Shown here in pieces: positions 50,628 to 60,820 of a stretch of 64,000 nucleotides of DNA. A program made the position numbers and the translations under genes. The DNA comes from Polyangiaceae bacterium. GTDB taxonomy: Bacteria > Myxococcota_A > Polyangia > Polyangiales > Polyangiaceae. Under the pieces are notes generated by a model. It ran no database searches. It was not told the origin of the DNA and saw nothing but the letters and a program-made list of their open reading frames with translations. Within the stretch, counting starts at the first letter, position 1; every line of letters begins with the position of its first letter. The stretch is taken from NCBI GenBank assembly GCA_965222375.1, contig CBDCTZ010000014.1, positions 160,001 to 224,000 on the forward strand, read 5' to 3'.

Positions 50628-51889
50628 CAAGCGGTGATGACGACACGGATCGTGAGGAGCAAGAGCTCGAGGCTCTGCTACCCCAAGCGATGTCCGGGGA
50701 GTTGATTCCCACGAGCGTTGCCGACGTGGCGCGAGCGGAGGCGGAGGGCGTGGAATTCGACGGCGAACTCCCCGAATCCCTGCGGGCCTTCGAGCCCGAT
50801 TCGGCCTCCGACGCAGTGGAAGCCGGCGACATCGCCGAGGCCGAGGGCGATTCGGATCCCGAGGCTTCCGAAGGCGAAGAACTCGACGACTCGGACGATG
50901 AAGAGGACGAGCGTGCACTCGGACCGGACAGCCGCGCCGACGTAGTTCCTCTGGCACGAGCCCGGCGTCGACAGGTCTCGCCCTGGCTCACCCACGTTGC
51001 AGCCGCAGCACTCGGCGCCGCCGCGGTGGCGACCCTCGTGATCGGGCGCGGTGAAAAACCCGCGGCGCCTGCCGGCAGCTCGTCTCATGCACCCGAGCCG
51101 CCCCCGGTCGCCGATGCGGCCCCGGACGCTCCGCAGCTGGTGCAAGTTCCTCCGCCGGCAGCGTGCGGCATGGGTTGTTGCGCAGGCAAGGAGTGCAAGA
51201 CGGCAAGCCCTGAGCTCGCCGATTGCGCTTCGGGACGGCGCTGCATTCCGTGCACTCTGAAGGACCGAGGCACCACCCGCTATCGCGTGAAGATGGGAGC
51301 GCTGGCACCCCTCAATGCTGGACGCACGGTCTTGGACCGGGCGGGTCCGGGTGCGGTGGACGTTTGCGCGCGTGCCGGTGGTTCTCCAGAGGTGTGTGTG
51401 CCTGCGCACGCATCCTCGAGTGCCGATGCGCCTTGGTCGAGCCTGCCACTGGTGGTGTCTGCGCAGGACTTGCTCGCCGCTCTGACGATTCGGGTGCGCG
51501 TGCGGGGCGTGAAAGCGCCCATCGCCGAGTGGCAGAGTCCCGTTCCGGTCAGCCCGACGGTGCTGTGTCGGGGCCTATCCGTGAAGCCCAAGAACAAGAA
51601 GGACGAAGCTTTTGGGGCGGTCAGCTTGTTTCTGGACGACGCCCACTTCGTCGAAGCGGCGCGCAGCGCACAGGTGGCCGCGCTGTCTCAGGTTGCGGAT
51701 CGAATCCGCGCCGAGCACCTGAAGAGCAAGATCTTCCAAACCCGTCGCGGCGGAGACCAGCGTTTTGCCCTGGTGTACGGCCCCATGCCCCAAGGCGATG
51801 CAGAAAAACTGCGCTGGGTGCTGCTGGAGGGTGGCCTGAAGGCTCGAGTGACCCTAGGTGATGATCACGAGGGCGATCCGAAACCGTGA
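50624..51889 (+). CDS. Probable anti-sigma membrane protein
   Basis: Coupled to the sigma gene (GTGA); acidic N-terminus, VVPL-RARR-TM, Cys-rich exported part. Confidence 0.65.
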   Translation: MTSGDDDTDREEQELEALLPQAMSGELIPTSVADVARAEAEGVEFDGELPESLRAFEPDSASDAVEAGDIAEAEGDSDPEASEGEELDDSDDEEDERALGPDSRADVVPLARARRRQVSPWLTHVAAAALGAAAVATLVIGRGEKPAAPAGSSSHAPEPPPVADAAPDAPQLVQVPPPAACGMGCCAGKECKTASPELADCASGRRCIPCTLKDRGTTRYRVKMGALAPLNAGRTVLDRAGPGAVDVCARAGGSPEVCVPAHASSSADAPWSSLPLVVSAQDLLAALTIRVRVRGVKAPIAEWQSPVPVSPTVLCRGLSVKPKNKKDEAFGAVSLFLDDAHFVEAARSAQVAALSQVADRIRAEHLKSKIFQTRRGGDQRFALVYGPMPQGDAEKLRWVLLEGGLKARVTLGDDHEGDPKP

Positions 51890-51919
51890 TCGCGCCGTAC
51901 TCACAAAAAGGGGAACACT

Positions 51920-52765
51920 GTGGAAGGCAAAGTCTGCATCGTCACGGGAAGCAATACGGGCATCGGCAAGGAAACGGCACGGGGGCTGGCTGAGCGCGGC
52001 GCCACGGTGGTGCTGGCGTGTCGCAATGTCGAAAAAGCGACGGCGGCTCGGGATGACATTGCTCAGAGCACCGGCCGAAGCGACGTGAGCGTCGAGCAGT
52101 TAGATCTGGGCAGCTTCGCGAGCATTCGCCAATTTGCCCAACAGATCCGCTCGCGCTTCGACCGCCTCGATGTGCTCGTCAACAACGCGGGGATCTGGCC
52201 CCTGAGCCGCGTCACGACGGCGGACGGATTGGAGTCCACGTTTGGCGTCAACCACGTCGGCACCCACTTGCTCACGGTCGAGCTATTGCCGCTGCTGAAG
52301 AAGAGCGCACCCTCGCGCATCGTTCTCAGCTCCAAGCTGCACTACCGCGGCAAGATGGATTGGGATGATCTGCAGGCCGAGCGCAAGAGCTTCAATGGCC
52401 CCAAGATGTACAGCCACTCCAAGTTGATGAACGTGCTCTTCACCAAGGCCCTCGCGCGGCGGGTGCAGGGCTCCGGAGTGACCGTCAGCGCCGTGCACCC
52501 CGGGGTCGTGCAGACCGAGTTGGCCCGAGAGTATCCATCGGTCTTGACCAAGATCTGGCACCTGTTCACGATCTCGGCCAAACAGGGCGCCGAGTGTTCC
52601 CTGCACGTCGCCACGGCGCCGGAGCTCGAAAGCGTGAGCGGCGAGTACTTCGAGAAGAGCCGCGCCAAGAAGGCGTCGAAGGCCGCTCTGGACGAAGCAG
52701 CCCAGGAGCGACTTTGGGAGTTGACCGAGAGCATCATCGCCGGCAGCGCCACGGTAGCCGCCTGA
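51920..52765 (+). CDS. SDR oxidoreductase (retinol dehydrogenase-like)
   Basis: TGSNTGIG, NNAG, YSHSK, VHPG. Confidence 0.93.
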   Translation: MEGKVCIVTGSNTGIGKETARGLAERGATVVLACRNVEKATAARDDIAQSTGRSDVSVEQLDLGSFASIRQFAQQIRSRFDRLDVLVNNAGIWPLSRVTTADGLESTFGVNHVGTHLLTVELLPLLKKSAPSRIVLSSKLHYRGKMDWDDLQAERKSFNGPKMYSHSKLMNVLFTKALARRVQGSGVTVSAVHPGVVQTELAREYPSVLTKIWHLFTISAKQGAECSLHVATAPELESVSGEYFEKSRAKKASKAALDEAAQERLWELTESIIAGSATVAA

Positions 52766-52891
52766 GATCCAACCAAGTCCACCGCGCGTGGCCGAAAGAG
52801 TGTCCCAGGTGGGCGCGTGTGCGTTGACGTAGGTCTGCGCCATTTGCGTCGCTGTTTGGACTAGAGGGGCTATCCCCCGCGAACGGACACC

Positions 52892-52998
52892 CGCTGAGCA
52901 ACCAGCGTTTCCGCGGTGAGGCGCTTCAGGAGATTCACGGGAATGCAGGAAGGTCGGGAAGGATTTTGGGTTTGGGTCTGCTCGAATTTGCTGCTCCA
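52892..52998 (+). repeat. Dispersed intergenic repeat, copy 1
   Basis: Shares accagc.tttccgcg, cgcttcaggagattcac, gggaagga and tgggtctg.tcgaatttgc.gctcca with 56946-57050. Confidence 0.8.
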
Positions 52999-53120
52999 AA
53001 TCACGGAAACCCGGCCCTCGTGCTCGACTCCCTCGCGCTGACCCCGCCCACCTCTACATTGGACCCGTCACAACCCGCCGTGCAGGCGGCGCCACGTCAG
53101 GGCCCAGTGTAGCGACCCGT

Positions 53121-54287
53121 TCACGCGATCGCGTCGAGGAAGCGATGCACTGGGACGACGGTGACGCCGTCTTGCACGTAGGTTCGCGTGCCTTCGAGCA
53201 CGCATTGGTACACGTGGGGGATGCGCAGGCGATCGCGGAAGTAGCGGAGCGGCGTTCCGATCGCGGTTTCGGTCGTCTTCGCTTCGACGGCGAACCAGGG
53301 CTTGTCGTCGACCGTGACCAAGAAGTCGAGTTCGCGTCTGTCCCGGTCCCTCAGGTAGTGCAGTCTCACGGCTCTGCCTTCGACGTCTTCCAGGTGGTGA
53401 CAGAGTTTCAAGAGATGGCTTGCCACCATGTTCTCGAAACGCGGCCCCGGCTCGGGCACCAGCGACCAGTCCCATAGGTAAGTCTTCTGTTCCTTCTTCA
53501 ACCCTCGGATCTTGCGGTGCGTGTACGGAGGGAGGCGATAGGAGAAGTAGAGCCGCGCAAGGATCTCTAGCCAATTGGACACTGCGCGATGGCTGACTTC
53601 CAGATCTCTGCACAAGGAGTTGACCGATAGCGGACTGCCAACGCGTTCCGGCAGTATGTGGCTCAGAAGCTCGATGTTCGCGAGGTCTCGCACGGCCTCG
53701 AGCTCTCGCACGTCCTCACGCACGAAGCGCTCGCTGCGTTCCTTTCGCCAGCGGCGGCGACTGCGTTCGCTGTCGCTCAGGAATGGCTCCGGAAAGCCCC
53801 CACGTTCGAGCAACCGAACCGTGGCTTCCTTGGGCGACCGGGTGCCGAGAACGAGGGGCTGCCCAGGCTCCGTATCGGGAAGACGTCCGCTCAGCTCTCG
53901 CACGGTGAAGGGGTGCAATCGATGATGGTGGTAGCGACCCTGAAGTGAGTCCCCGCCCCGGCGATACACGTCGAGGCGGGCACTGCCCGTCACGAGGTAG
54001 CGGTAGTGCCCCAGATGCGCGTCGTACTCGCCTTTGAGCCAGCGCTTCCAACCGCGCTGCTTGTGCAGTTCGTCCAACACGATGAGCGCGGGAGGCTCGG
54101 GCCACTGCCCAGCGCGGGCCGCGCGTCGCTGCCGCACGTTGTCCCAGGAGAAGCAGGCGGCGTCCCCTTCGAGTTCCATCACTTGTCGCGCCAGAGTGGT
54201 CTTGCCGACCTGCCGGGGTCCGGCGACGAACACCATCTTCTCAGCCAAATCCTGGCGGATGATTGGCAACAGAGCGCGCTTCTTCAT
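53121..54287 (-). CDS. AAA_14 ATPase with DUF4143 domain
   Basis: GPRQVGKT, LDELHK, VTGS, DSLQGR, GGFPE, FENMV, ELDF, EAK. Confidence 0.92.
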   Translation of the reverse strand: MKKRALLPIIRQDLAEKMVFVAGPRQVGKTTLARQVMELEGDAACFSWDNVRQRRAARAGQWPEPPALIVLDELHKQRGWKRWLKGEYDAHLGHYRYLVTGSARLDVYRRGGDSLQGRYHHHRLHPFTVRELSGRLPDTEPGQPLVLGTRSPKEATVRLLERGGFPEPFLSDSERSRRRWRKERSERFVREDVRELEAVRDLANIELLSHILPERVGSPLSVNSLCRDLEVSHRAVSNWLEILARLYFSYRLPPYTHRKIRGLKKEQKTYLWDWSLVPEPGPRFENMVASHLLKLCHHLEDVEGRAVRLHYLRDRDRRELDFLVTVDDKPWFAVEAKTTETAIGTPLRYFRDRLRIPHVYQCVLEGTRTYVQDGVTVVPVHRFLDAIA

Positions 54288-54599
54288 CCCGACAACTTTG
54301 GCAACAAAGCAAAATTCGTCATGACTTTTTTTGCTTCATAGCGAAATTTGCCGAGGGGCTAGGTCTCCCGATCAGTGCCTTCTGGCGCATTTTCCGCGTG
54401 GCGGGCCACCATGGCTGCGCGTAGCTTCGCCAGCGCAAGCGCAGCCGCCGAAAACGGCTCCTGCACGAGTATATCGAGGCCCGGTCGCGCCATCGCCGCC
54501 AGCAGGCCCAGCGTTGCGGCGACAGGCCGGCGCGTCCTGCGCTCACCCCGATGCCCTGCGCCGCTGCGGTGCAGGGCGCGGTAACGGTCGGCTCGTCCC

Positions 54600-54678
54600 G
54601 CGAGAAGCGTTCCTCGCGGACCTTCATGCCACGGATTCGCCTGCTCATTCCCGACGGGCAAGTGATGATCTCGGACAT
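54600..54678 (-). pseudogene. 5' fragment of a possible myxobacterial prophage gene
   Basis: MSEIITCPSGMSRRIRGMKVREER recalls the N-terminus of hypothetical proteins in myxobacterial prophage-like regions (recollection only); the remainder of the ORF is not protein-like. Confidence 0.3.
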
Positions 54679-54694
54679 GGGCTATCCTGTAAGC

Positions 54695-56941
54695 ATGAGA
54701 CTCAATGCGGTATGGCTTTGCGCGATGCTCGCCTGCGCATGCTCTGGCAGTGACGACGCCAAGAGCGGAACGGGTGGCGGCGGTGGTTCCGGCGGCAGTG
54801 GTGGCGGAGGTGGTGGCGCGGGTAAGCCCATTGAACCTGTGACGCTGGACCCGACTGACTTCACGTACCAGCTCACGGAGAGCCCAGGGAGTGTGACCCT
54901 GTGGACGACGCCAGCGACGCGCAAGCTCACGACTGCCGATCGCCCACCCGAAGCCAAGCGTTCGGGGCTTTCCCTATCGGCGGCACGCAACGAATTCGAA
55001 CCCGTGCAGCTCGTGCTCGGCCCGGCGAGCGGCAGCGTCAGCGTGGACGTCGCGCCCTTCCCGAAGCTGGGTGCTGGTCAACGGGTTTCCCTAGCGAAAG
55101 TCGGCTACGTCGGCAGCACCGCGGACGGGCTGAGCCCCATTTCCGGAGGCGCATCGATCACGCTGAACGCCAACCAGCCCGAAGCGGTGTGGCTGACCGT
55201 GTACGTACCCGAGGGAGCGCCTGCCGGAGCCCACGAGACCACACTGACGGTGACTCCTTCGGGAGGCTCGGCCGTCAGCGTGCCGGTGAAGCTCACGGTT
55301 TTCGACTTTGACCTGCCCAAAGAAGTGCACTTCGCGACGCAGATGAACGTGGACGTGTCGTCCTTGGTTCCTTCCGGCGGCAGCGTGGACGATGCCAAGT
55401 CATTGCTCTTCGAGCATCGCATGACGCCCAAGAGCGTCACCTGGCCCAGCGGCTTCAACTGGAAGATCACCTGGGATAGCAACTCTTCGCCAACGAAGTG
55501 CAGTGCCTTCTACGACGAACCCGATGAAGGCGCCCAGTACTCCATCAAGCACCTCTCCAAACGCTACATGCTGGGTGAGGGCTGGAACGGCATTGGTTTT
55601 CCCAATGCCATGATCTTCCAGTTCGTGAACAACTCGACGCCCCGACCGGACACTTTCTGTGGGATCTCCCGCGGCGATCACTTCGGCAGTTCGGCCTACA
55701 ACGCCGAGTGGTCCGAGTTTTTGAGCGCCCTGGACGGCTACTTGCAGCAGAACGGGCTGTCCGAACGCGCCTACTACTACGTTCAGAACGAGCCCCAGAA
55801 CGACGCTGACCACAAGCTAGCGGCACATCTCTGCCGGCTGACCAAGGCTGCGGCGCCGGGCTTGCGCATTGCGGTGAGCGACGAACCGAAACCGGAAATC
55901 GCCGAGGACCCGGGTGGCGCCTGCGGCTACGACATTTGGATTGCGCATGTGCGGGCCTATGAAGAGGGCTACGCGCACAAGCGGATTCGCGATCACGGCG
56001 AAGAGGTCTGGTACTACAGCTTGGACCAGGATCCGGATCCGTATTTCAATCCTACGAAGCCCGATACCCAGGGCATGCACAGTCGCATCATCCCTTGGGC
56101 GGCCTGGTCGCATCGGATCACGGGATGGGCCTACTACGACGCCAACCGCTTCTTTGATAGTGGCGCACCCAACATTCGCGCCGAATTGATGCGGGAGGGC
56201 TTCGAGGACTACGAGTACCTCTGGCTAGCTAACGGCAAAGCCCACCCCAAGGTGGAGACGACGGAAATCGCCGACGCTACGGCCAAGAGCGTGGCCGCCA
56301 GCATGACGAGCTGGAACAAAGACCCCGACGCGCTGATGGCGTTGCGCCACGAGCTGGGGCGCTACATCGAGGGTTCGCGCAACTCGCTGCCCGTGCTGTC
56401 CGTGGACAAGGGGGTTCGACCTCGGGGTGCGTACTACGTGAACTTCCAGGATCCAGGAGGCAAGCCGAGCGCCGATCCCCTCGAAGTGGACGGCAGGACC
56501 TACATGAAGGTCGGTTGGGCTCCTTATGACGACAAACTCGGACTCGGTTGGTCCGGACAGCACATCGACAATCCTTCCATTGCCCTATTCGGTTTCGACA
56601 GCACTGGGGGCTACTCGGTCATTCAGCAGTCGTATATCTACGACGACTACGGTCGCGACAACCTGTTCGAGTTCGCCATCGAGCCGGGCAAGTACACCAT
56701 CACCGTCGGCGTGGGTCGCCCCGCGAAGGGCTACCCCGGGGACCCCCACAACCTCAGCATCGAGGGTCAGAAGGTCATCGACGACGAAGTCACCACCAAC
56801 GCCAATCCCGTGATTGAACGCTCGGTGACCCTGGACATCACCGACGGCAGCATCTCCATGGTGGCCGGTGGCAAGAGCGTCTCGAGCGGGGACTTCGCCT
56901 ACACCTTCCTCGCCTACATGCACGTCGAACCTGCGAACTGA
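54695..56941 (+). CDS. DUF4091/GH123-like glycoside hydrolase lipoprotein with C-terminal beta-sandwich
   Basis: ACAC lipobox, AARNEFEPVQL, VWLTVYVP, NEP, IRAELMREGFEDYEYL. Confidence 0.8.
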   Translation: MRLNAVWLCAMLACACSGSDDAKSGTGGGGGSGGSGGGGGGAGKPIEPVTLDPTDFTYQLTESPGSVTLWTTPATRKLTTADRPPEAKRSGLSLSAARNEFEPVQLVLGPASGSVSVDVAPFPKLGAGQRVSLAKVGYVGSTADGLSPISGGASITLNANQPEAVWLTVYVPEGAPAGAHETTLTVTPSGGSAVSVPVKLTVFDFDLPKEVHFATQMNVDVSSLVPSGGSVDDAKSLLFEHRMTPKSVTWPSGFNWKITWDSNSSPTKCSAFYDEPDEGAQYSIKHLSKRYMLGEGWNGIGFPNAMIFQFVNNSTPRPDTFCGISRGDHFGSSAYNAEWSEFLSALDGYLQQNGLSERAYYYVQNEPQNDADHKLAAHLCRLTKAAAPGLRIAVSDEPKPEIAEDPGGACGYDIWIAHVRAYEEGYAHKRIRDHGEEVWYYSLDQDPDPYFNPTKPDTQGMHSRIIPWAAWSHRITGWAYYDANRFFDSGAPNIRAELMREGFEDYEYLWLANGKAHPKVETTEIADATAKSVAASMTSWNKDPDALMALRHELGRYIEGSRNSLPVLSVDKGVRPRGAYYVNFQDPGGKPSADPLEVDGRTYMKVGWAPYDDKLGLGWSGQHIDNPSIALFGFDSTGGYSVIQQSYIYDDYGRDNLFEFAIEPGKYTITVGVGRPAKGYPGDPHNLSIEGQKVIDDEVTTNANPVIERSVTLDITDGSISMVAGGKSVSSGDFAYTFLAYMHVEPAN

Positions 56942-56945
56942 CGCT

Positions 56946-57050
56946 CGCTGATAACCAGCCTTTCCGCGCTGGGACGCTTCAGGAGATTCACAGGAAGGTT
57001 GGAAGGTTGGGAAGGAAGAGGGGTTGGGTCTGTTCGAATTTGCCGCTCCA
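56946..57050 (+). repeat. Dispersed intergenic repeat, copy 2
   Basis: Same orientation as 52892-52998, about 80% similar by eye. Confidence 0.8.
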
Positions 57051-57275
57051 TGTAAAGGAACCTGACCCGGTCAAGCGCTCCCCCCCCACAAGTTCCACCC
57101 GCCCCCGCGCGAGAAGCGAGTCCCTCGTCCGCGCAGCGACGCGAGCCATTGGTAGACCGGGGGACCAAGCTCCGACGATTTCCGATCTGGATCCGCACGC
57201 GTTGGACGACAAGGCCGAGTTCCGCCTACCCAGGTGCGCGGCAAGTGCCAGGCAGCGCGGTTCCCAAGATCTATC

Positions 57276-57299
57276 GTGCACGAGGAGGGACTTGAACCC
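57276..57299 (-). other. tRNA-Leu 3'-end fragment (possible att scar)
   Basis: Minus strand GGGTTCAAGTCCCTCCTCGTGCAC = T-loop, T-stem 3' strand, acceptor 3' strand and discriminator A; no 5' half present. Confidence 0.6.
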
Positions 57300-57303
57300 A
57301 CCC

Positions 57304-57331
57304 CACTCCCCCTTCGAACACAGGGGGAGTG
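57304..57331 (-). terminator. 10-bp hairpin downstream of the 57358 gene
   Basis: cactccccct / agggggagtg; lacks a U-tract. Confidence 0.45.
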
Positions 57332-57357
57332 CTGGAAGCCAGTGAGGCCCTTGGCCG

Positions 57358-59709
57358 TCAGTCCGTGTCGGTGATGATCTTCAGCGCGGTCTTGCCCTTG
57401 GAGTCGGCACTGGGGACCCACTCGAGGCCATTCGGTGCGCCGAAGTCTTCCAGGGTATCCGTGATGTCGTCGCCCTTGAGCTGACCGATGGTCGCCATGG
57501 AGGCCACCATCTGGTCGAGGACCCACACTGCGCCGTCCAGGTTCTCCTTGATGGTCGCGTCGGCACCGCCGGCCGCTTCGTTGGCCTGACGCAGCTCTTC
57601 GACCCGGTCCGTGAACTGGGAGATGGTCGTCAGCTCGATCTGGACTTCGTTCACGAACATGCTGTGAAAGACCTTGCACGCGGGCAGGTCGTTGCCCGGG
57701 CCGCGTACGTCGGCGGGAATGCTGCGCCAGGCGGCGGGGGTCAGCATTTCCGTGAAGTCCATGGTGTCGATGATGAAGTTGCCGCCGGGTCGCGACGAAT
57801 CTGGGATGTAGTACTCGCGAGCCACGTCGAAGTAGATCGCGTTGGCCGTGGTTCCCGCAGCCTCGATCATGCGTTGGGACGTCTTCATCACGCTGAACTC
57901 CAGGTGACGCCCCAGGGCGGCCCAAATGGTCTCGTTCAGCGCCTCGTAGTTGTTGAAGTCGTTGTTGCCGTCGGCCAGCTGCTGCCCCGCGTAGGCGTTG
58001 AACTCGTCCCACTTGGCGGCACGCTCCGTCGCCGGCAGCGCGTCGATGGCCAGGTACAGGTCTCGAAAGGCGCCCGCCGTGGTCTTGACGCGCAGGCTCG
58101 GGTCCAGGGACTCCTGCCAGAGTTCGAACATCCCCTCGAAATCGTCGTAGTCGAGGCCGCTGGTGCGAGTGACGATGCGATCGACATCGTCCATCGCGTC
58201 GCCGAGCTCGTGGTACACGGCGCTGGTTGCGTCTGCCACGATCTTGCGAGTCTGGAGATCTTGCATCGACGCCGGGGCGTTGCCGCTCGCGTTGAAGTCC
58301 GTCACGAACACGACTGTGTCCTGGGTGACGGTTGCGCCCAGCACCTGCTCGAGCTGGGGCTTGGCCCGCTCGAACACGGCGCTGTCATCGAGCACCTTGT
58401 TCAGCTGGTCGAGCACTCCTTGAGCTGACGCCACATCGCCAGACGAGAGCTCGCCGGAGTCGATGGCAGCCTGGATGATCTGAGCCGCCTGCTGGCCGCG
58501 GGTTTTGGCGTTGTCGTGAACGCTCTTCATCTGGTTGTTGCTGACCATATTCAGGTGGTAGCGAGCCCGGGCGCTGCGCAAGAACACTTTGGAGTCGAGC
58601 GCCATGATGCCGGTGACGTTTTCGAAGGTCTGAAGCTTGTCCAGCTCCGTGAGCTTCTCGTACACGGCTTTGACCGGGGGCATGCCCTGGTTCCAGTCCA
58701 CGTTACCGGCGCGGATGTCGTCTTCCATCGACAGGACTGCGTCGTCGCTGGGGCTGTCTTGGCGAATGTCGATCTTGCCCGCGCGCTTGATTCCGAACTC
58801 GTCGGTTTCCGAGTCGAACTTGGCGGCGATGAGCAGCCGACGGATCGTCGTCGCGTCGTCCCAACGCTTGCGGCCGCGGACTTGCATGCCGTTGTCGAGC
58901 AAGTCGTAGTCTTTGGTGTCGTAGTAGATGTCGTCGTTGATGTCGGTGCCCGTGTCGAGTTCCCGCTCGCCGTCATTCGGGTCGATATCGAAGTTGCCAG
59001 GCTCGATGGTGTACGACATGTAGGGCATGGACTCCCGAGCATCGTGGGCATCGCCGTCCCAGGGGATTTCGTCGAGGGGGTAGGAGAAGGCGAAAGCCTC
59101 CATGACCTTTGCGCGAGTGACGCGATTGAAACCGGTGCGTCCGCGGTTGTCGGTGTTCTTGAGGGCGGCGCGCAGCTCGGCGCCAGTGGCGCCCGCTACG
59201 GTCAGCGTTGCCTCCATCTCCAGGGCGTCGCGGCTCCAACCGCTGGGAGGTTGGCCCGCCCAGGTCTCGGCATTGATGTAGGGGCGACCGTCGGACAGGT
59301 CCAAAGTGCACTTGGGTTCGACGTGAGCCGCGAGGGCCTTCAACGCGATGGGGCCGACCCAGGGCACTGCGTCGAACTCGGCAAGGTCATCGAAGATGTT
59401 GTCGTCGGCGGTGCCGCACTCGCCGTCGGGACCGAGGCGATGCGCCAGGATGTTGTTGGCGGAGCGCGTGTGCAGCCCGACCTGGTTGGTCAAGAACTCC
59501 AGGGAGGTGCCGTCGTTCAGGGCGTGCAACGACTCGCGCAAGACGCAGGCGTCGTAGCCACCGCCGGGTCCGTCGGCTTTGCCGATACCAAAGGTATCGT
59601 TCTCGCCATCGAGGCCGGGCTCGTTCGACGATCCAGGTCCGTCACTGCTGCTACAGCCCCCTAGGGCCAGCATCATGGTCGCGAGAACTCCGAATCCAAG
59701 CTTGTTCAT
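57358..59709 (-). CDS. Lipoprotein with helix-hairpin-helix and CYTH/VTC-like motifs
   Basis: LGGC lipobox, GKAD, FDDLAEFDAVPWVGP, EME, YYDTKDYDLL...VRGRKR, EVQIE, SKG. Confidence 0.7.
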   Translation of the reverse strand: MNKLGFGVLATMMLALGGCSSSDGPGSSNEPGLDGENDTFGIGKADGPGGGYDACVLRESLHALNDGTSLEFLTNQVGLHTRSANNILAHRLGPDGECGTADDNIFDDLAEFDAVPWVGPIALKALAAHVEPKCTLDLSDGRPYINAETWAGQPPSGWSRDALEMEATLTVAGATGAELRAALKNTDNRGRTGFNRVTRAKVMEAFAFSYPLDEIPWDGDAHDARESMPYMSYTIEPGNFDIDPNDGERELDTGTDINDDIYYDTKDYDLLDNGMQVRGRKRWDDATTIRRLLIAAKFDSETDEFGIKRAGKIDIRQDSPSDDAVLSMEDDIRAGNVDWNQGMPPVKAVYEKLTELDKLQTFENVTGIMALDSKVFLRSARARYHLNMVSNNQMKSVHDNAKTRGQQAAQIIQAAIDSGELSSGDVASAQGVLDQLNKVLDDSAVFERAKPQLEQVLGATVTQDTVVFVTDFNASGNAPASMQDLQTRKIVADATSAVYHELGDAMDDVDRIVTRTSGLDYDDFEGMFELWQESLDPSLRVKTTAGAFRDLYLAIDALPATERAAKWDEFNAYAGQQLADGNNDFNNYEALNETIWAALGRHLEFSVMKTSQRMIEAAGTTANAIYFDVAREYYIPDSSRPGGNFIIDTMDFTEMLTPAAWRSIPADVRGPGNDLPACKVFHSMFVNEVQIELTTISQFTDRVEELRQANEAAGGADATIKENLDGAVWVLDQMVASMATIGQLKGDDITDTLEDFGAPNGLEWVPSADSKGKTALKIITDTD

Positions 59710-59896
59710 TGCATTACTCCTGTGTCCCACAGATGCCTACATGTCACTACATGCGGTCCCGAAGCGCAACCATTCTGCGCAAAACACCGTTACTACTGGA
59801 ATCATGCGCTTGGGACGGAATTGAGTCCGGCCCAGCACCCCGTCGGGTATCACGAAGCGCGTGGCTCGACCTCAAAACCAAGGACTCGAAGCCAAT

Positions 59897-60820
59897 TCAG
59901 TAGTGGAAGTCGATGGAGTAGGGGACGCACTCGTTCTTGGCCGGCAAATCGACGCGGATGTAAACCTGGCTGCTGTCATCGAAGCCGGTGCAATTGGGGG
60001 AGGCTTTCAGGGGACCGCCGGTCGGCGAGCAGCAGCCGGGGCCGGGACCGGTGCTGGAACTGATCGAGCTTCCCTTGCAGCTCACGCTCACTCCTGGACA
60101 CACGAAGTACATGCAGACCCAGGCGTTCACGTCCAAAGTGACCGCGGGGTCGACGAAGCAGCTCACCTCTTTGCCGGAATAGGTGTACCAGTCGACATCG
60201 CCCGTGCCGTCGAGCTTGGCGAAGACCTTCTTGCCCGTGCTGTCGCAGCTGGTAATGCCCGGGCCGACCTCTGTTGCGGTGGCCGAGGTCTCGTTGGGCT
60301 CGAAGCCCTGATCCGTGCAGCTCGCGCCGCCAGTGCCGCCGCCGGTACCGCCGGTTGCGCCGCCGCCGGTTCCACCGGTTGCGCCGCCGCCGGTTCCACC
60401 GGTTGCGCCACCGCTGCCACCCGTCGCGCCGCCCGTGCCACCGGTCGCACCACCCATTCCACCTGAGGCACCGCCAGTTCCCGCGGTACCACCCGTCGCG
60501 CCGCCGCTGCCTGCCGCTCCACCGGTGGCTCCGCCCCCGCCGCCGCTTGCGCCCGCGCTCCCCCCGGACGCGGCGCCACTGCCGCCGGAGCCGGCACTTC
60601 CGCCACTACCCGACGCCATGCAGCTCAGGCCATCGGCACTGCAGACCGCATGAGTCGTGGGACAACACCCGAGCAGCTTGCCGTCCGCGGCGCGGCACTC
60701 GATGGGCGTGCTGCCCGAACAAGAGCTGGGGCCGCTGCCACTCGAATCGTCTGAGCCACAGCCGGAGACCGCCGCGGCCGAAAGCAGCACCAAGAGCCAG
60801 GAGAAGGTTGTGTTTTTCAT
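59897..60820 (-). CDS. Gly-rich Cys-containing lipoprotein
   Basis: VSGC lipobox, long GGxGG linker, FEPNET...DVDWY domain; ATGA coupling. Confidence 0.75.
   Translation of the reverse strand: MKNTTFSWLLVLLSAAAVSGCGSDDSSGSGPSSCSGSTPIECRAADGKLLGCCPTTHAVCSADGLSCMASGSGGSAGSGGSGAASGGSAGASGGGGGATGGAAGSGGATGGTAGTGGASGGMGGATGGTGGATGGSGGATGGTGGGATGGTGGGATGGTGGGTGGASCTDQGFEPNETSATATEVGPGITSCDSTGKKVFAKLDGTGDVDWYTYSGKEVSCFVDPAVTLDVNAWVCMYFVCPGVSVSCKGSSISSSTGPGPGCCSPTGGPLKASPNCTGFDDSSQVYIRVDLPAKNECVPYSIDFHY

Noticed and set aside
57240..57330. Complete tRNA gene
   Set aside because: No D-arm, anticodon arm or 5' acceptor strand present
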